Positions 63,692-64,000 of a stretch of DNA of 64,000 nucleotides are shown in pieces. Made by a program: the position numbers and the translations under genes. Origin of the DNA: Spironucleus salmonicida (Eukaryota); contig NC_090602.1 in assembly GCF_000497125.1 (NCBI RefSeq), positions 1,240,001 through 1,304,000 of the forward strand. The letters run 5' to 3'. The notes beneath the pieces were generated by a model, which saw only the letters and a list, made by a program, of their open reading frames with translations, was not told the origin of the DNA and ran no database searches. Position 1 is the stretch's first letter, and each line of letters starts with the position of its first letter.

Positions 63692-64000
63692 TCAGATAGC
63701 ACGATCTCTGATGCTCTACCACGCCATTAACTCACAAATCACGCTGCCGGCGACACACCTGGCGCGCGTGCTCAAGGTGTACACGAACGCAGCATCGCAT
63801 AGCGGGTCGATTTCACACAGCAGCTGGTTCTTTAAGACTACAGCCCCTGTCTCAAGTAGACCTAACAGCAGTCCAGATACAGGCGCACATACGCTGAGCT
63901 GGCCTCGGCGATGGGTCACAGCATCCATTTTTCGGTTGAGGCACTCGCCGGACTCTGTCTACAGGCCCCCCTCATCAGACTCAATGACTCCTATCGGGTC
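63692..64000 (-). CDS. yqeB: YqeB-family protein, copy 5 (5' part lies beyond the window end)
   Basis: Copy 1 + 9000, cut by the window edge. Confidence 0.8.

Larger units (their letters stand above)
53900..64000. repeat. Tandem array with a 2,250-bp unit (starts 53900, 56150, 58400, 60650, 62900); runs off the window end
   Basis: Every ORF recurs at +2250. Units are essentially identical; one substitution was seen at 59644. Confidence 0.97.

Overview
This is a gene-dense eukaryotic window with no introns evident. It uses the alternative nuclear code in which TAA/TAG = Gln and TGA is the only stop. The code, the very short AT-rich intergenic spacers, C-rich elements before ATGs and AGTGA overlapping many stops point to a hexamitid diplomonad, most likely Spironucleus (inference). 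The supplied standard-code ORF track therefore fragments most genes, so I re-read them by hand; the longest genes were only spot-checked for frame. The window holds about 32 distinct genes. Recognisable ones include a bacterial-type L-serine dehydratase, IFT88, CCDC112-like, p24, DAW1/ODA16-like, NVL/Rix7, a cystatin, two ankyrin proteins, an ENT transporter, DDB1-like, CFAP119-like, ERCC1, a PPP phosphatase, a WNK kinase, a probable TAF1B/Rrn7, V-ATPase B, a TtcA-like protein and H2B, plus tRNA-Ser(CGA). There are two structural features. One is a 2,646-bp inverted duplication around a 1,081-bp AT-rich spacer. The other is a 2,250-bp tandem array (4 full units plus a partial) that runs off the window end. 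The most striking finding is that each array unit pairs histone H2B with an intact 279-aa YqeB-family gene that the ORF track does not show. YqeB is a prokaryotic accessory protein of selenium-dependent molybdenum hydroxylases. Other highlights are an Hsp70-like/RBR E3 ligase fusion, a ~88-aa insertion in V-ATPase B, and an identical 17-nt element upstream of two flagellar genes.
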